Shown here: positions 18,703 to 27,858 of the stretch, one piece after another | Position numbering within the stretch: position 1 is the stretch's first letter | Layout: every line of letters starts with the position of its first letter | Virus record (IMG/VR): IMGVR_UViG_2579779007_000009 | Coordinates: 1-32,407 of that record | DNA from: a virus | Taxonomy: Duplodnaviria; Heunggongvirae; Uroviricota; Caudoviricetes | Length of the DNA: 32,407 nucleotides | Direction: 5' to 3' (one strand) | Translations under genes and position numbers: made by a program | Notes under the pieces: generated by a model | What the model was told of the DNA's origin: nothing | Seen by the model: only the letters and a program-made list of their open reading frames with translations | The model's database searches: none

Positions 18703-19046
18703 CAGCGCGTTATCTCGGAATGAATCGCAGTGATGGCCTGACTGTCACTGACCTTGAGCATATCAGCCAGAGTATCGGCGATATCCTGCGCACACCGGTC
18801 GGCTCACGGGTGATGCGTCGTGATTACGGCTCGTTGCTGGCGTCAATGATTGACCAGCCGCAGACCCCGGCGCTTGAGTTGCAGATTAAGGTCGCCTGTT
18901 ACATGGCAGTACTGAAATGGGAACCCCGCGTCACCCTGTCATCCGTCACCACTGAGCGCAGTTTTGACGGGCGAATGACGGTCACGTTAACCGGCCAGCA
19001 CAACGACACCGGCCAGCCACTTTCGTTAACCATCCCTGTGAGTTGA
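18699..19046 (+). CDS. W: Baseplate wedge protein W (gp25-like), 115 aa
   Basis: Synteny and size match P2 gpW; start overlaps the V stop. Confidence 0.88.
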   Translation: MTARYLGMNRSDGLTVTDLEHISQSIGDILRTPVGSRVMRRDYGSLLASMIDQPQTPALELQIKVACYMAVLKWEPRVTLSSVTTERSFDGRMTVTLTGQHNDTGQPLSLTIPVS

Positions 19047-19050
19047 AACC

Positions 19051-19959
19051 ATGCCGATTATCGACCTAAACCAGCTACCCGCACCGGATGTGGTCGAGGA
19101 GCTGGACTTTGAAACCATTCTCGCCGAACGCAAGGCGACACTGATTTCCCTTTACCCGGAAGACCAGCAGGAGGCGGTCGCCCGTACCCTGACGCTGGAA
19201 TCCGAGCCTCTCGTCAAACTGCTGGAGGAAAATGCTTATCGTGAGCTTATCTGGCGTCAGCGTGTGAATGAGGCCGCACGGGCGGTGATGCTGGCCTGTG
19301 CCGCCGGTAATGACCTTGATGTGATTGGTGCCAATTACAACACCACGCGCCTGACTATCACCCCGGCAGATGATTCGACCCTCCCGCCGACACCGGCAGT
19401 GATGGAATCTGACACCGATTATCGTCTGCGTATTCAGCAGGCGTTTGAAGGTTTAAGCGTCGCCGGGTCGGTGGGTGCCTATCAGTATCATGGTCGCAGT
19501 GCTGACGGGCGTGTCGCGGATATCTCTGTCACCAGTCCGTCTCCGGCCTGCGTCACCATCTCTGTGCTGTCACGTGAGAATAACGGTGTCGCATCCGAAG
19601 ACCTGCTGGCGGTGGTGCGTAACGCCCTGAATGGCGAGGACGTCAGGCCGGTGGCCGACCGCGTGACCGTGCAGTCTGCCGCCATCGTTGAATACCAGAT
19701 AAACGCCACGCTTTACCTTTACCCTGGTCCCGAAAGCGAACCCATACGCGCTGCCGCCGTGAAAAAACTGGAAGCGTACATCACGGCACAGCACCGGCTG
19801 GGGCGCGACATCCGTCTGTCTGCCATTTATGCCGCTTTGCATGTGGAGGGCGTGCAGCGTGTCGAGCTGGCGGCACCACTGGCCGACATCGTGCTCAACA
19901 GTACGCAGGCGTCTTTCTGTACCGAATACTGCGTCGTGACCGGAGGCTCGGATGAGTGA
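19051..19959 (+). CDS. J: Baseplate wedge protein J, 302 aa
   Basis: Synteny and size match P2 gpJ. Confidence 0.88.
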   Translation: MPIIDLNQLPAPDVVEELDFETILAERKATLISLYPEDQQEAVARTLTLESEPLVKLLEENAYRELIWRQRVNEAARAVMLACAAGNDLDVIGANYNTTRLTITPADDSTLPPTPAVMESDTDYRLRIQQAFEGLSVAGSVGAYQYHGRSADGRVADISVTSPSPACVTISVLSRENNGVASEDLLAVVRNALNGEDVRPVADRVTVQSAAIVEYQINATLYLYPGPESEPIRAAAVKKLEAYITAQHRLGRDIRLSAIYAALHVEGVQRVELAAPLADIVLNSTQASFCTEYCVVTGGSDE

Positions 19960-20482
19960 TTCGCGACTGCTGCCGACCGGCTCATCACCGCTTGAAGTCG
20001 CCGCCGCAAAAGCCTGTGCGGAAATTGAAAAAACGCCGGTCAGTATTCGTGAGCAGTGGAACCCGGATACCTGTCCGGCAAATCTGCTTCCGTGGCTGGC
20101 GTGGGCGTTTTCGGTCGACAGGTGGGATGAAAAGTGGCCGGAAGCGACCAAACGCGCCGTTATTCGCGATGCCTATTTCATCCACTGTCATAAAGGCACT
20201 ATAGGTGCAATCCGGCGTGTGGTGGAGCCGCTGGGCTATCTCATCAACGTGACGGAGTGGTGGGAAACCAGTGACCCGCCGGGCACCTTCCGGCTTGATA
20301 TTGGTGTACTGGAAAGCGGCATCACAGAGGCAATGTATCAGGAAATGGAACGGCTGATTGCTGATGCCAAACCTGCAAGCCGCCACCTTATTGGCCTGAA
20401 CATTACCCGGGACATTCCCGGCTACCTGTTCGCCGGTAGTGTGGCTTATGACGGCGATGTAATTACGGTTTACCCCGGATAA
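19952..20482 (+). CDS. I: Baseplate protein I, 176 aa
   Basis: Synteny and size match P2 gpI; start overlaps the J stop. Confidence 0.88.
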   Translation: MSDSRLLPTGSSPLEVAAAKACAEIEKTPVSIREQWNPDTCPANLLPWLAWAFSVDRWDEKWPEATKRAVIRDAYFIHCHKGTIGAIRRVVEPLGYLINVTEWWETSDPPGTFRLDIGVLESGITEAMYQEMERLIADAKPASRHLIGLNITRDIPGYLFAGSVAYDGDVITVYPG

Positions 20483-20492
20483 GTGAGGAATA

Positions 20493-22742
20493 ATGAGCAC
20501 AAAATTCAGAACCGTTATCACCACTGCCGGTGCAGCAAAGCTGGCAGCGGCAACCGCACCGGGAGGGCGGAAGGTCAACATTACCACGATGGCCGTCGGG
20601 GATGGCGGGGGTAAATTGCCTGTCCCGGATGCCGGACAGACCGGGCTTATCCACGAAGTCTGGCGACATGCGCTGAACAAAATCAGTCAGGACAAACGAA
20701 ACAGTAATTATATTATCGCAGAGCTGGTTATTCCGCCGGAGGTGGGCGGTTTCTGGATGCGTGAGCTTGGCCTGTACGATGATGCGGGAACGTTAATTGC
20801 CGTGGCGAACATGGCCGAAAGTTATAAGCCAGCTCTTGCCGAAGGCTCAGGGCGTTCGCAGACCTGCCGCATGGTCATCATCGTCAGCAGTGTGGCCTCA
20901 GTGGAGCTGACCATTGACACTACAACGGTGATGGCAACGCAGGATTACGTTGATGACAAAATTGCAGAACATGAACAGTCACGACGTCACCCGGACGCCT
21001 CGCTGACCGCCAAAGGTTTTACTCAGTTAAGCAGTGCGACCAACAGCACGTCTGAAACACTGGCCGCAACGCCGAAAGCGGTAAAGGCCGCGTATGACCT
21101 TGCTAACGGGAAATATACTGCGCAGGATGCCACCACAGCGCGAAAAGGTCTTGTCCAGCTCAGTAGTGCCACCAACAGCACGTCTGAAACGCTCGCCGCA
21201 ACACCAAAAGCGGTAAAGGCCGCGTATGACCTTGCTAACGGGAAATACACTGCACAGGATGCCACCACAGCGCGAAAAGGTCTTGTCCAGCTCAGTAGCG
21301 TCACCAACAGCGATTCTGAAACGCTTGCGGCAACGCCAAAGGCGGTTAAGACAGCGTATGACCTTGCTAACGGGAAATACACTGCACAGGATGCCACCAC
21401 CGCGCGGAAAGGCCTTGTCCAGCTCAGTAGCGCCACCAACAGTGATTCTGAAACGCAGGCCGCAACACCAAAAGCGGTGAAGTCTGCCTATGACAATGCT
21501 GAAAAACGTCTTCAGAAAGATCAGAACGGTGCGGATATTCCTGATAAAGGACGCTTCCTGAGTAACATTAATGTTTACAGCAAAGGTGAAGTGGATAAGA
21601 AAAAGGGAATGCGAAAGTATTCGTTTGCAGCCCCTGCAAATGTCGTTGCCGGGAAGTGGTATCCCGTTATCTTTCGCCGTGCTGCCAGCCTTTCAGGAGA
21701 AATGGCATCCCGCGTCGTTATTTCCACTGGTTGTTATAACAGCGATTATGTAATGAATAACTGCGAGTTTAATGGCATGGTTATGCCCGGAGGCTGGACT
21801 GATCGTGGTTCATATGCGGCAGGTTATTTCTGGACGTATCAGACTAATGAGCGTTCAATCCATTCCATTGTTACAAGCCTGAAAGATGATGATGTATGTA
21901 GTGTTTTTTATGTTGAAGCCAGAGCTTTCCCTGTGCAAATTCTTGCAGAGGAAGGGCTAACGGTTATTGTTCCGACAGAGGATTATGTCGTCGGTCAAAC
22001 GACATATAAGTGGGGGGCAACTAATCCTGCTACAGAAAGCACGAACGCACAGGCTATTCTGGATTTTAAAAATGGGCGCGGTTATTACTGCTCACATCCA
22101 TTTATTTCCAGCCTTTCGGGAAATGCTGCAACAGCAACGAAGTTAGCGAACGCAAGAAATATTAATGGTGTCAGATTTGATGGCTCTGCTGATATAAATA
22201 TTAATACACTGGTATCCAGAAACCGTGTTACTGCATTAGGTGGGAGCGTAAAGGGGACACCAGGTATTCAGATGTATGAGGCATACAACAATGGCTACCC
22301 AACAGCCTATGGTAATGTGCTTCATCTCACTGGCGTAACCGCAGTAGGAGAGGGTGAGTTACTTATTGGCTGGAGTGGAACCAGCGGTGCTCATGCTCCG
22401 GCATATATTCGCTCCCGACGAGATACCACAGATGCTAACTGGTCTGGATGGGCGCAACTATATACAACTGCTCATAAACCCTCAGCGGGAGATGTTGGTG
22501 CATACACCAAAGCTGAATCAGATTCACGTTATGTGAGAGACATGCGGCTGGGCGGTGCATCTACATATAAACCAGCAAATAATGGTACTACATGGACGCA
22601 TCAGGCTCCGTCAGGTTGCGTATATACCGGCATTATTGTTCAGGATACCGGCTCAAACTCTGCCGATAACATTGGTGGCGTATATTACAGACCGGTGCAG
22701 AAATACATTAACGGGACATGGTATAACGTGGCGCAGGTATAA
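20493..22742 (+). CDS. H: Tail fibre protein H, 749 aa, with internal tandem repeats and a compositionally distinct distal part
   Basis: N-terminus MSTKFRTVITTAGAAKLAAATA... as recalled for P2 gpH; 44-aa tandem repeats; followed by assembly chaperone G. Confidence 0.9.
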   Translation: MSTKFRTVITTAGAAKLAAATAPGGRKVNITTMAVGDGGGKLPVPDAGQTGLIHEVWRHALNKISQDKRNSNYIIAELVIPPEVGGFWMRELGLYDDAGTLIAVANMAESYKPALAEGSGRSQTCRMVIIVSSVASVELTIDTTTVMATQDYVDDKIAEHEQSRRHPDASLTAKGFTQLSSATNSTSETLAATPKAVKAAYDLANGKYTAQDATTARKGLVQLSSATNSTSETLAATPKAVKAAYDLANGKYTAQDATTARKGLVQLSSVTNSDSETLAATPKAVKTAYDLANGKYTAQDATTARKGLVQLSSATNSDSETQAATPKAVKSAYDNAEKRLQKDQNGADIPDKGRFLSNINVYSKGEVDKKKGMRKYSFAAPANVVAGKWYPVIFRRAASLSGEMASRVVISTGCYNSDYVMNNCEFNGMVMPGGWTDRGSYAAGYFWTYQTNERSIHSIVTSLKDDDVCSVFYVEARAFPVQILAEEGLTVIVPTEDYVVGQTTYKWGATNPATESTNAQAILDFKNGRGYYCSHPFISSLSGNAATATKLANARNINGVRFDGSADININTLVSRNRVTALGGSVKGTPGIQMYEAYNNGYPTAYGNVLHLTGVTAVGEGELLIGWSGTSGAHAPAYIRSRRDTTDANWSGWAQLYTTAHKPSAGDVGAYTKAESDSRYVRDMRLGGASTYKPANNGTTWTHQAPSGCVYTGIIVQDTGSNSADNIGGVYYRPVQKYINGTWYNVAQV
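21012..21500 (+). repeat. In-frame tandem repeat inside H: about 3.7 copies of a 132-bp (44-aa) unit
   Basis: Unit K-G-L/F-x-Q-L-S-S-A/V-T-N-S-x-S-E-T-L-A-A-T-P-K-A-V-K-A-A-Y-D-L-A-N-G-K-Y-T-A-Q-D-A-T-T-A-R read directly, with copies starting at 21012, 21144, 21276 and 21408. Confidence 0.9.
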
Positions 22743-22745
22743 TTT

Positions 22746-23273
22746 ATGCAGCATTTAAAAAATATTACGGCGGGTAATCCAAAAACGGTTGAACAATATC
22801 AATTGACAAAGGACTTTGATGTTGTCTGGTTTTTTTCAGAAGATGGTAAGAACTGGTACGAAGAACAAAAGTATTTTGCTGATGACACGATAAAAATAGC
22901 GTACGACAAAGATAATATCATCCACTATGTGGAAAAGGATGTGACAGCTATCAGACCGGATGGATTAAGTGTTGTTGAAGTGGCGGATATTACTGCTAAC
23001 CGACGGGCGGACATTTCAGGGAACTGGATGTTTAAGGACGGCAAAGTGATTAAACGCATTTATACGGCAGAGGAATTACAGCAGCAGGCAGAAATTCAGA
23101 AAGCCAGACTTCTTGCAGATGCTGAATCCGTGATTTTGCCGCTGGAGCGCGCGGTCAGACTGAACATGGCAACAGATGAGGAGCGTAGCCGACTGGAATC
23201 ATGGGAACGCTACAGCGTTCTGGTCAGTCGTGTGGATCCTGCAAATCCTGAATGGCCGGAAATGCCGCAATAA
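22746..23273 (+). CDS. G: Tail fibre assembly chaperone G, 175 aa
   Basis: Immediately downstream of H; size matches P2 gpG. Confidence 0.85.
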   Translation: MQHLKNITAGNPKTVEQYQLTKDFDVVWFFSEDGKNWYEEQKYFADDTIKIAYDKDNIIHYVEKDVTAIRPDGLSVVEVADITANRRADISGNWMFKDGKVIKRIYTAEELQQQAEIQKARLLADAESVILPLERAVRLNMATDEERSRLESWERYSVLVSRVDPANPEWPEMPQ

Positions 23274-23312
23274 GTTGTATTAGCTTACATATCTATGGCA
23301 CAGAGTAAAGCC

Positions 23313-23350
23313 TAATCTGACAGTCCGCTCTGTGCCAGGAGCGGAAGTCG
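23313..23350. repeat. Left arm of an imperfect inverted repeat flanking the G-FI cargo island
   Basis: AATCTGACAGTC...GAGCGGAAGT here pairs with the reverse complement of 25584..25624; coordinates hand-counted. Confidence 0.6.
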
Positions 23351-23455
23351 ATTGATGACTCACTACTAATTCGTCTTGCTTACTCCTAATGTTGATAAAT
23401 GTGAATAAGATTAATACTATAAAGAATTATAATTTAATAGACGGCGGTTTAGGTA

Positions 23456-24382
23456 ATGGGCGAGTTCTCAAAATATGTCGGCGAGGTGGGCGAAGAGATA
23501 GTCAATGACTTTCTGAAACTCTTTGGATGGAAAAACCTATGTAGTAACAAGCAATTAGATTGCTGCGTGGGAGAACATGCTAAAAAGACACATGGAATAG
23601 ATGCTTTGTATGTCTACAACTCTATGCTTCAAAAACAATCATTAGTAAGCGTTGTTGTTTCTGCAAAGTATTCATCAGTACCTTACGATAAAGTCAAAAC
23701 TACTTTTCGCTCACATTTCAAAGACTTGGCACACACCATTGAATGTTATTCAAAATCCCAGTTTAAAAGAACCATAACAAGACAATTTCCAGGTAGTTCA
23801 AGAAAAGAAGATATTGGGGTTTTGTTTTATTTAAATAATGATGAAAGCGATTCAAATGATAATATTAAAGGTGAAATCATCAATCATAGAATCGATTCTA
23901 CCCTCAAGTTCAACGCCATACATCTCGTTGATAACGCAAGAGCAAAATTTTTATACAACTCGATAAGCTTTATCAAGAAAAAGCATGGTGAAATATCTTT
24001 TTTCTGTCTTAACACTACCTTAAATGTTTCATCTTCAACAAGACATTCTAAAATAATGCCTGTTGAATACATTACCTCTCCAATAATTCCCATTTCTGTG
24101 CCTGATGATAATGGGCGAAAATTTATATTACTTTGCGATTTTAATTACAGTAAAGAATCACTAGGGTTGGTGTATAAATTAGCTAGAAAGCTTTGTTCCG
24201 ATTTCGCAAATCATTATGAGATTTATTTCAATAAATATAATAAACTCACAGACTCCCCTTCAGTTGATGAAGTCAAAATGGCGCAAAATTTTGAAGATGG
24301 CTCTGAGGATGTCGTTGGAGATATTACATTAATCGTTGATTCTTATAATAGCACCTTCAGGAGCATTTCTGATGAAAAATGA
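23456..24382 (+). CDS. Cargo protein 1 of the G-FI island, 308 aa; possible PD-(D/E)xK-like nuclease N-terminal domain
   Basis: AT-rich ORF; N-terminal order of acidic helix (GEVGEE), HGIDALYVY strand and VVVSAK strand; no homolog recognised by recall. Confidence 0.7.
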   Translation: MGEFSKYVGEVGEEIVNDFLKLFGWKNLCSNKQLDCCVGEHAKKTHGIDALYVYNSMLQKQSLVSVVVSAKYSSVPYDKVKTTFRSHFKDLAHTIECYSKSQFKRTITRQFPGSSRKEDIGVLFYLNNDESDSNDNIKGEIINHRIDSTLKFNAIHLVDNARAKFLYNSISFIKKKHGEISFFCLNTTLNVSSSTRHSKIMPVEYITSPIIPISVPDDNGRKFILLCDFNYSKESLGLVYKLARKLCSDFANHYEIYFNKYNKLTDSPSVDEVKMAQNFEDGSEDVVGDITLIVDSYNSTFRSISDEK

Positions 24383-25529
24383 TATTGATTTCATCCCCTC
24401 CGGAGATGAACTGAAAAATCTTGTGAGCCAGCAGAACTGTAGCTCTACAATGATCAATAATCTACTTAAAGAAAGAGGGCTTTTTTGCGGAGTGTCTGAA
24501 AAATCAGGCACAGTTCCAAACTTGATCACCTCTTTACTAAGCCCTGATGAATCTTATGATTTACTAAGCAGTATTAAAACAAAGGAAAAATTAGATAAAG
24601 TAAATTTCAGGAATTTTGATCTTAAGCAAGATGTTGATTTGCTTGGTGAAGTTAGTGGGTTTGTAGATGTTAGTAAAATCACAAAAAATGGTTACATTAA
24701 TTATGAGATATCAGATTTTAGCGATTTTACATCTCTAGATGGTAGAAGTAATAATTCCGTAATAATGGAGTTCGAAATTTGCAAGACAGATATTCTAGAT
24801 GATTGGTATATAACTGAGAAGTTCTTTAAAGGATCTGTGGAAATCAAGAAAGACGTTAATGGCATCACTGGTAACTCCCAGCTTTTAATGAATGTAAAAC
24901 TAAATCACACATCTCCGGAAACTAAAGAAATAGCTGAAAATGTCATAACCTTGATAGAGGAGCATTTGGAAAGAAATAATATAATTGAACATTCGCCTCA
25001 TCGAGGTAGAGTTCTGATGGATGATTTTGAAAATGAAAACAGAGTAAAATTCCTTAATGAATTAGCATCCCTTCATATTGGATACTTATTCTACCATCAA
25101 AAAATAGATGATGTTCATTTTAATCCGGATCATTCTACTGGTTACGAAAAACAATCAGATGCTGTGACTAATTTTCTCGAAAAAGATATTGACCAGTATA
25201 GAGTCAAAGGAAATCTAGAGAATATAATATCTATCAAATGGAAACACATACACCCGTATGTACGTGTTACTAAGGTTGTCGCAAGTTACACAATTAGCTA
25301 TGAATCCTATTCAGGTGAATGTAAGGTTGCATACGAGTTTAGTGAATATGGAAGAAAAACCCCTGTTAATCCTGAATTGTGCATTACCTTTATAAATATA
25401 AAGGTTAAAGGTGCGTCGCCCTCTAAAATACATGATATTCAATCAAACATTATGCGTGAGATTGAATTACGTAAAGTAGAATTGCTTACTAAATATAGAA
25501 AAGTTGCTGATGCTGAATCAAACAGCTAA
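24372..25529 (+). CDS. Cargo protein 2 of the G-FI island, 385 aa; unknown function
   Basis: ATG 24372 preceded by AGGAG and overlapping the end of cargo protein 1 by 11 nt (operon coupling); AT-rich; no motif recognised. Confidence 0.7.
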   Translation: MKNDIDFIPSGDELKNLVSQQNCSSTMINNLLKERGLFCGVSEKSGTVPNLITSLLSPDESYDLLSSIKTKEKLDKVNFRNFDLKQDVDLLGEVSGFVDVSKITKNGYINYEISDFSDFTSLDGRSNNSVIMEFEICKTDILDDWYITEKFFKGSVEIKKDVNGITGNSQLLMNVKLNHTSPETKEIAENVITLIEEHLERNNIIEHSPHRGRVLMDDFENENRVKFLNELASLHIGYLFYHQKIDDVHFNPDHSTGYEKQSDAVTNFLEKDIDQYRVKGNLENIISIKWKHIHPYVRVTKVVASYTISYESYSGECKVAYEFSEYGRKTPVNPELCITFINIKVKGASPSKIHDIQSNIMREIELRKVELLTKYRKVADAESNS

Positions 25530-25583
25530 TTCTATGGTTATGCTCCCGATTGATTAATACCCACTATTAACACGGGAGCAAAG

Positions 25584-25624
25584 CGAACTTCCGCTCCTCG
25601 CTCAAAGCAGACTGTCAGATTTGA
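25584..25624. repeat. Right arm of the imperfect inverted repeat flanking the G-FI cargo island
   Basis: Reverse complement TCAAATCTGACAGTC...GAGGAGCGGAAGTTCG matches the left arm at 23313..23350. Confidence 0.6.
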
Positions 25625-25682
25625 TAGCATTTGGGCTATGTAAATTGTCAGGCGGAAAATGAGTGAGTACAAATCAGGACAG

Positions 25683-25708
25683 GCGGGCGAATTGCCCGCA
25701 TTTTCTTT
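25683..25708 (+). terminator. Intrinsic terminator downstream of the cargo operon, upstream of FI
   Basis: Stem GCGGGC / GCCCGC with 5-nt loop followed by ATTTTCTTT. Confidence 0.6.
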
Positions 25709-25804
25709 ATCTGTTGTTTCATCCCCTGACCAGCCAGGTCAAATAGCGTCTCATGCTCTGCACAACAGAAAATAGTTGCACCCATTAACCACGGAGTTAA
25801 ACGG

Positions 25805-26995
25805 ATGAGTGACTATCATCACGGCGTGCAGGTGCTGGAGATTAACGACGGCACCCGCGTCATTTCCACCGTATCCACGGCCATTGTCGGCATGGTCTGC
25901 ACGGCCAGCGATGCGGATGCGGAAACCTTCCCCCTCAATAAACCTGTGCTGATTACCAATGTGCAGAGCGCAATTGCAAAGGCCGGTAAAAAAGGCACGC
26001 TGGCGGCATCGTTGCAGGCCATCGCCGACCAGTCAAAACCGGTCACCGTTGTCGTGCGCGTGGAAGACGGCACCGGCGATGACGAAGAAACGAAACTCGC
26101 GCAGACCGTTTCCAATATCATCGGCACCACCGACGAAAACGGTCAGTACACCGGACTGAAAGCCCTGCTGGCGGCGGAGTCGGTAACCGGTGTTAAACCG
26201 CGTATTCTCGGTGTGCCGGGACTGGATACCAAAGAGGTGGCTGTTGCACTGGCATCCGTCTGTCAGAAGCTGCGCGCTTTCGGATATATCAGCGCATGGG
26301 GCTGTAAGACTATTTCCGAGGTGAAAGCCTACCGCCAGAATTTCAGCCAGCGTGAGCTGATGGTCATCTGGCCGGATTTCCTCGCATGGGATACGGTCAG
26401 CAGCACCACCGCCACCGCGTATGCCACCGCCCGTGCGCTGGGTCTGCGCGCTAAAATCGACCAGGAGCAGGGCTGGCATAAAACGCTGTCCAATGTCGGG
26501 GTAAACGGTGTTACCGGCATCAGCGCCTCTGTATTCTGGGATTTGCAGGAGTCCGGCACCGATGCTGACCTGTTGAACGAGTCAGGTGTCACAACGCTGA
26601 TTCGCCGTGACGGTTTCCGCTTCTGGGGTAACCGTACCTGCTCTGATGACCCACTGTTCCTCTTTGAAAACTACACCCGCACCGCGCAGGTGCTGGCCGA
26701 CACGATGGCTGAGGCGCACATGTGGGCGGTGGATAAGCCCATCACCGCAACGCTGATTCGCGACATCGTTGACGGCATCAATGCCAAATTCCGTGAGCTG
26801 AAAACAAACGGCTATATCGTGGATGCGACCTGCTGGTTCAGCGAAGAATCCAACGATGCGGAAACCCTCAAGGCCGGAAAACTGTATATCGACTATGACT
26901 ATACCCCGGTGCCTCCTCTCGAAAACCTGACCCTGCGCCAGCGTATTACTGATAAATATCTGGCAAATCTGGTCACCTCGGTTAACAGCAATTAA
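25805..26995 (+). CDS. FI: Contractile tail sheath protein FI, 396 aa
   Basis: Translation and size match recalled P2 gpFI; strong GGAG upstream. Confidence 0.92.
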   Translation: MSDYHHGVQVLEINDGTRVISTVSTAIVGMVCTASDADAETFPLNKPVLITNVQSAIAKAGKKGTLAASLQAIADQSKPVTVVVRVEDGTGDDEETKLAQTVSNIIGTTDENGQYTGLKALLAAESVTGVKPRILGVPGLDTKEVAVALASVCQKLRAFGYISAWGCKTISEVKAYRQNFSQRELMVIWPDFLAWDTVSSTTATAYATARALGLRAKIDQEQGWHKTLSNVGVNGVTGISASVFWDLQESGTDADLLNESGVTTLIRRDGFRFWGNRTCSDDPLFLFENYTRTAQVLADTMAEAHMWAVDKPITATLIRDIVDGINAKFRELKTNGYIVDATCWFSEESNDAETLKAGKLYIDYDYTPVPPLENLTLRQRITDKYLANLVTSVNSN

Positions 26996-27007
26996 GGAGC
27001 CTGACCG

Positions 27008-27526
27008 ATGGCAATGCCGCGCAAACTCAAGTTAATGAACGTCTTTCTGAACGGCTACAGCTATCAGGGCGTTGCAAAGTCCGTCACGCTGCCAAAACTG
27101 ACCCGTAAGCTCGAAAACTATCGCGGTGCGGGGATGAACGGCAGCGCACCGGTAGACCTCGGCCTTGATGACGATGCGCTGTCAATGGAGTGGTCGCTCG
27201 GGGGCTTCCCGGATTCGGTTATCTGGGAACTTTACGCCGCAACCGGTGTGGATGCCGTACCGATTCGTTTTGCAGGCTCTTACCAGCGCGACGATACCGG
27301 CGAAACGGTGGCCGTCGAGGTGGTCATGCGTGGACGTCAGAAAGAAATCGACACCGGCGAGGGGAAACAGGGAGAAGATACCGAGTCGAAAATCTCCGTG
27401 GTCTGCACTTATTTCCGGCTGACGATGGACGGTAAGGAGCTGGTCGAAATTGACACCATCAACATGATTGAGAAGGTGAACGGCGTCGACCGGCTGGAGC
27501 AACACCGCCGCAATATCGGCCTGTGA
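27008..27526 (+). CDS. FII: Tail tube protein FII, 172 aa
   Basis: Synteny and size match P2 gpFII. Confidence 0.9.
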   Translation: MAMPRKLKLMNVFLNGYSYQGVAKSVTLPKLTRKLENYRGAGMNGSAPVDLGLDDDALSMEWSLGGFPDSVIWELYAATGVDAVPIRFAGSYQRDDTGETVAVEVVMRGRQKEIDTGEGKQGEDTESKISVVCTYFRLTMDGKELVEIDTINMIEKVNGVDRLEQHRRNIGL

Positions 27527-27582
27527 TTTTCATCCGGTCAGCCTGGCTGACCGGTTAACCCCGATTCAGAAGTGAGAAAACC

Positions 27583-27858
27583 ATGAACAAAGAAAACGTC
27601 ATTACCCTGGACAATCCGGTCAAACGTGGTGAGCAGATTATCGAACAGGTCACGCTGATGAAACCCAATGCCGGGACGCTGCGCGGTGTCAGTCTGGCAG
27701 CGGTCGCGAACTCCGAAGTCGATGCACTGATTAAGGTGCTGCCGCGCATGACGGCACCGATGCTGACCGAGCAGGAAGTCGCCGCGCTGGAACTGCCTGA
27801 CCTTGTGGCGCTGGCCGGTAAGGTGGTCGGTTTTTTGTCGCCGAACTCGGTGCAGTGA
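27583..27858 (+). CDS. E: Tail assembly chaperone E, 91 aa
   Basis: Translation matches recalled P2 gpE; contains the slippery run GGTTTTTTG near its 3' end. Confidence 0.88.
   Translation: MNKENVITLDNPVKRGEQIIEQVTLMKPNAGTLRGVSLAAVANSEVDALIKVLPRMTAPMLTEQEVAALELPDLVALAGKVVGFLSPNSVQ

Noticed and set aside
21023-21480. Long ORFs on the minus strand (21023..21439, 138 aa) and in another plus frame (21226..21480) inside H, with highly repetitive translations
   Set aside because: They are by-products of the 132-bp tandem repeat, which copies an open frame on both strands; they lie wholly inside the well-supported H gene and have no start context.
21012-21500. Repeat array in H considered as a possible CRISPR array
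   Set aside because: Units are 132 bp, in frame, contiguous without spacers, and encode a conserved peptide; this is a protein-coding tandem repeat.
25659-25775. 38-codon ORF (MSEYKSGQAGELPAF...) between the cargo operon and FI
   Set aside because: Weak ribosome-binding site, and it runs straight through the hairpin/T-run terminator at 25683..25708; more likely non-coding regulatory DNA upstream of FI.
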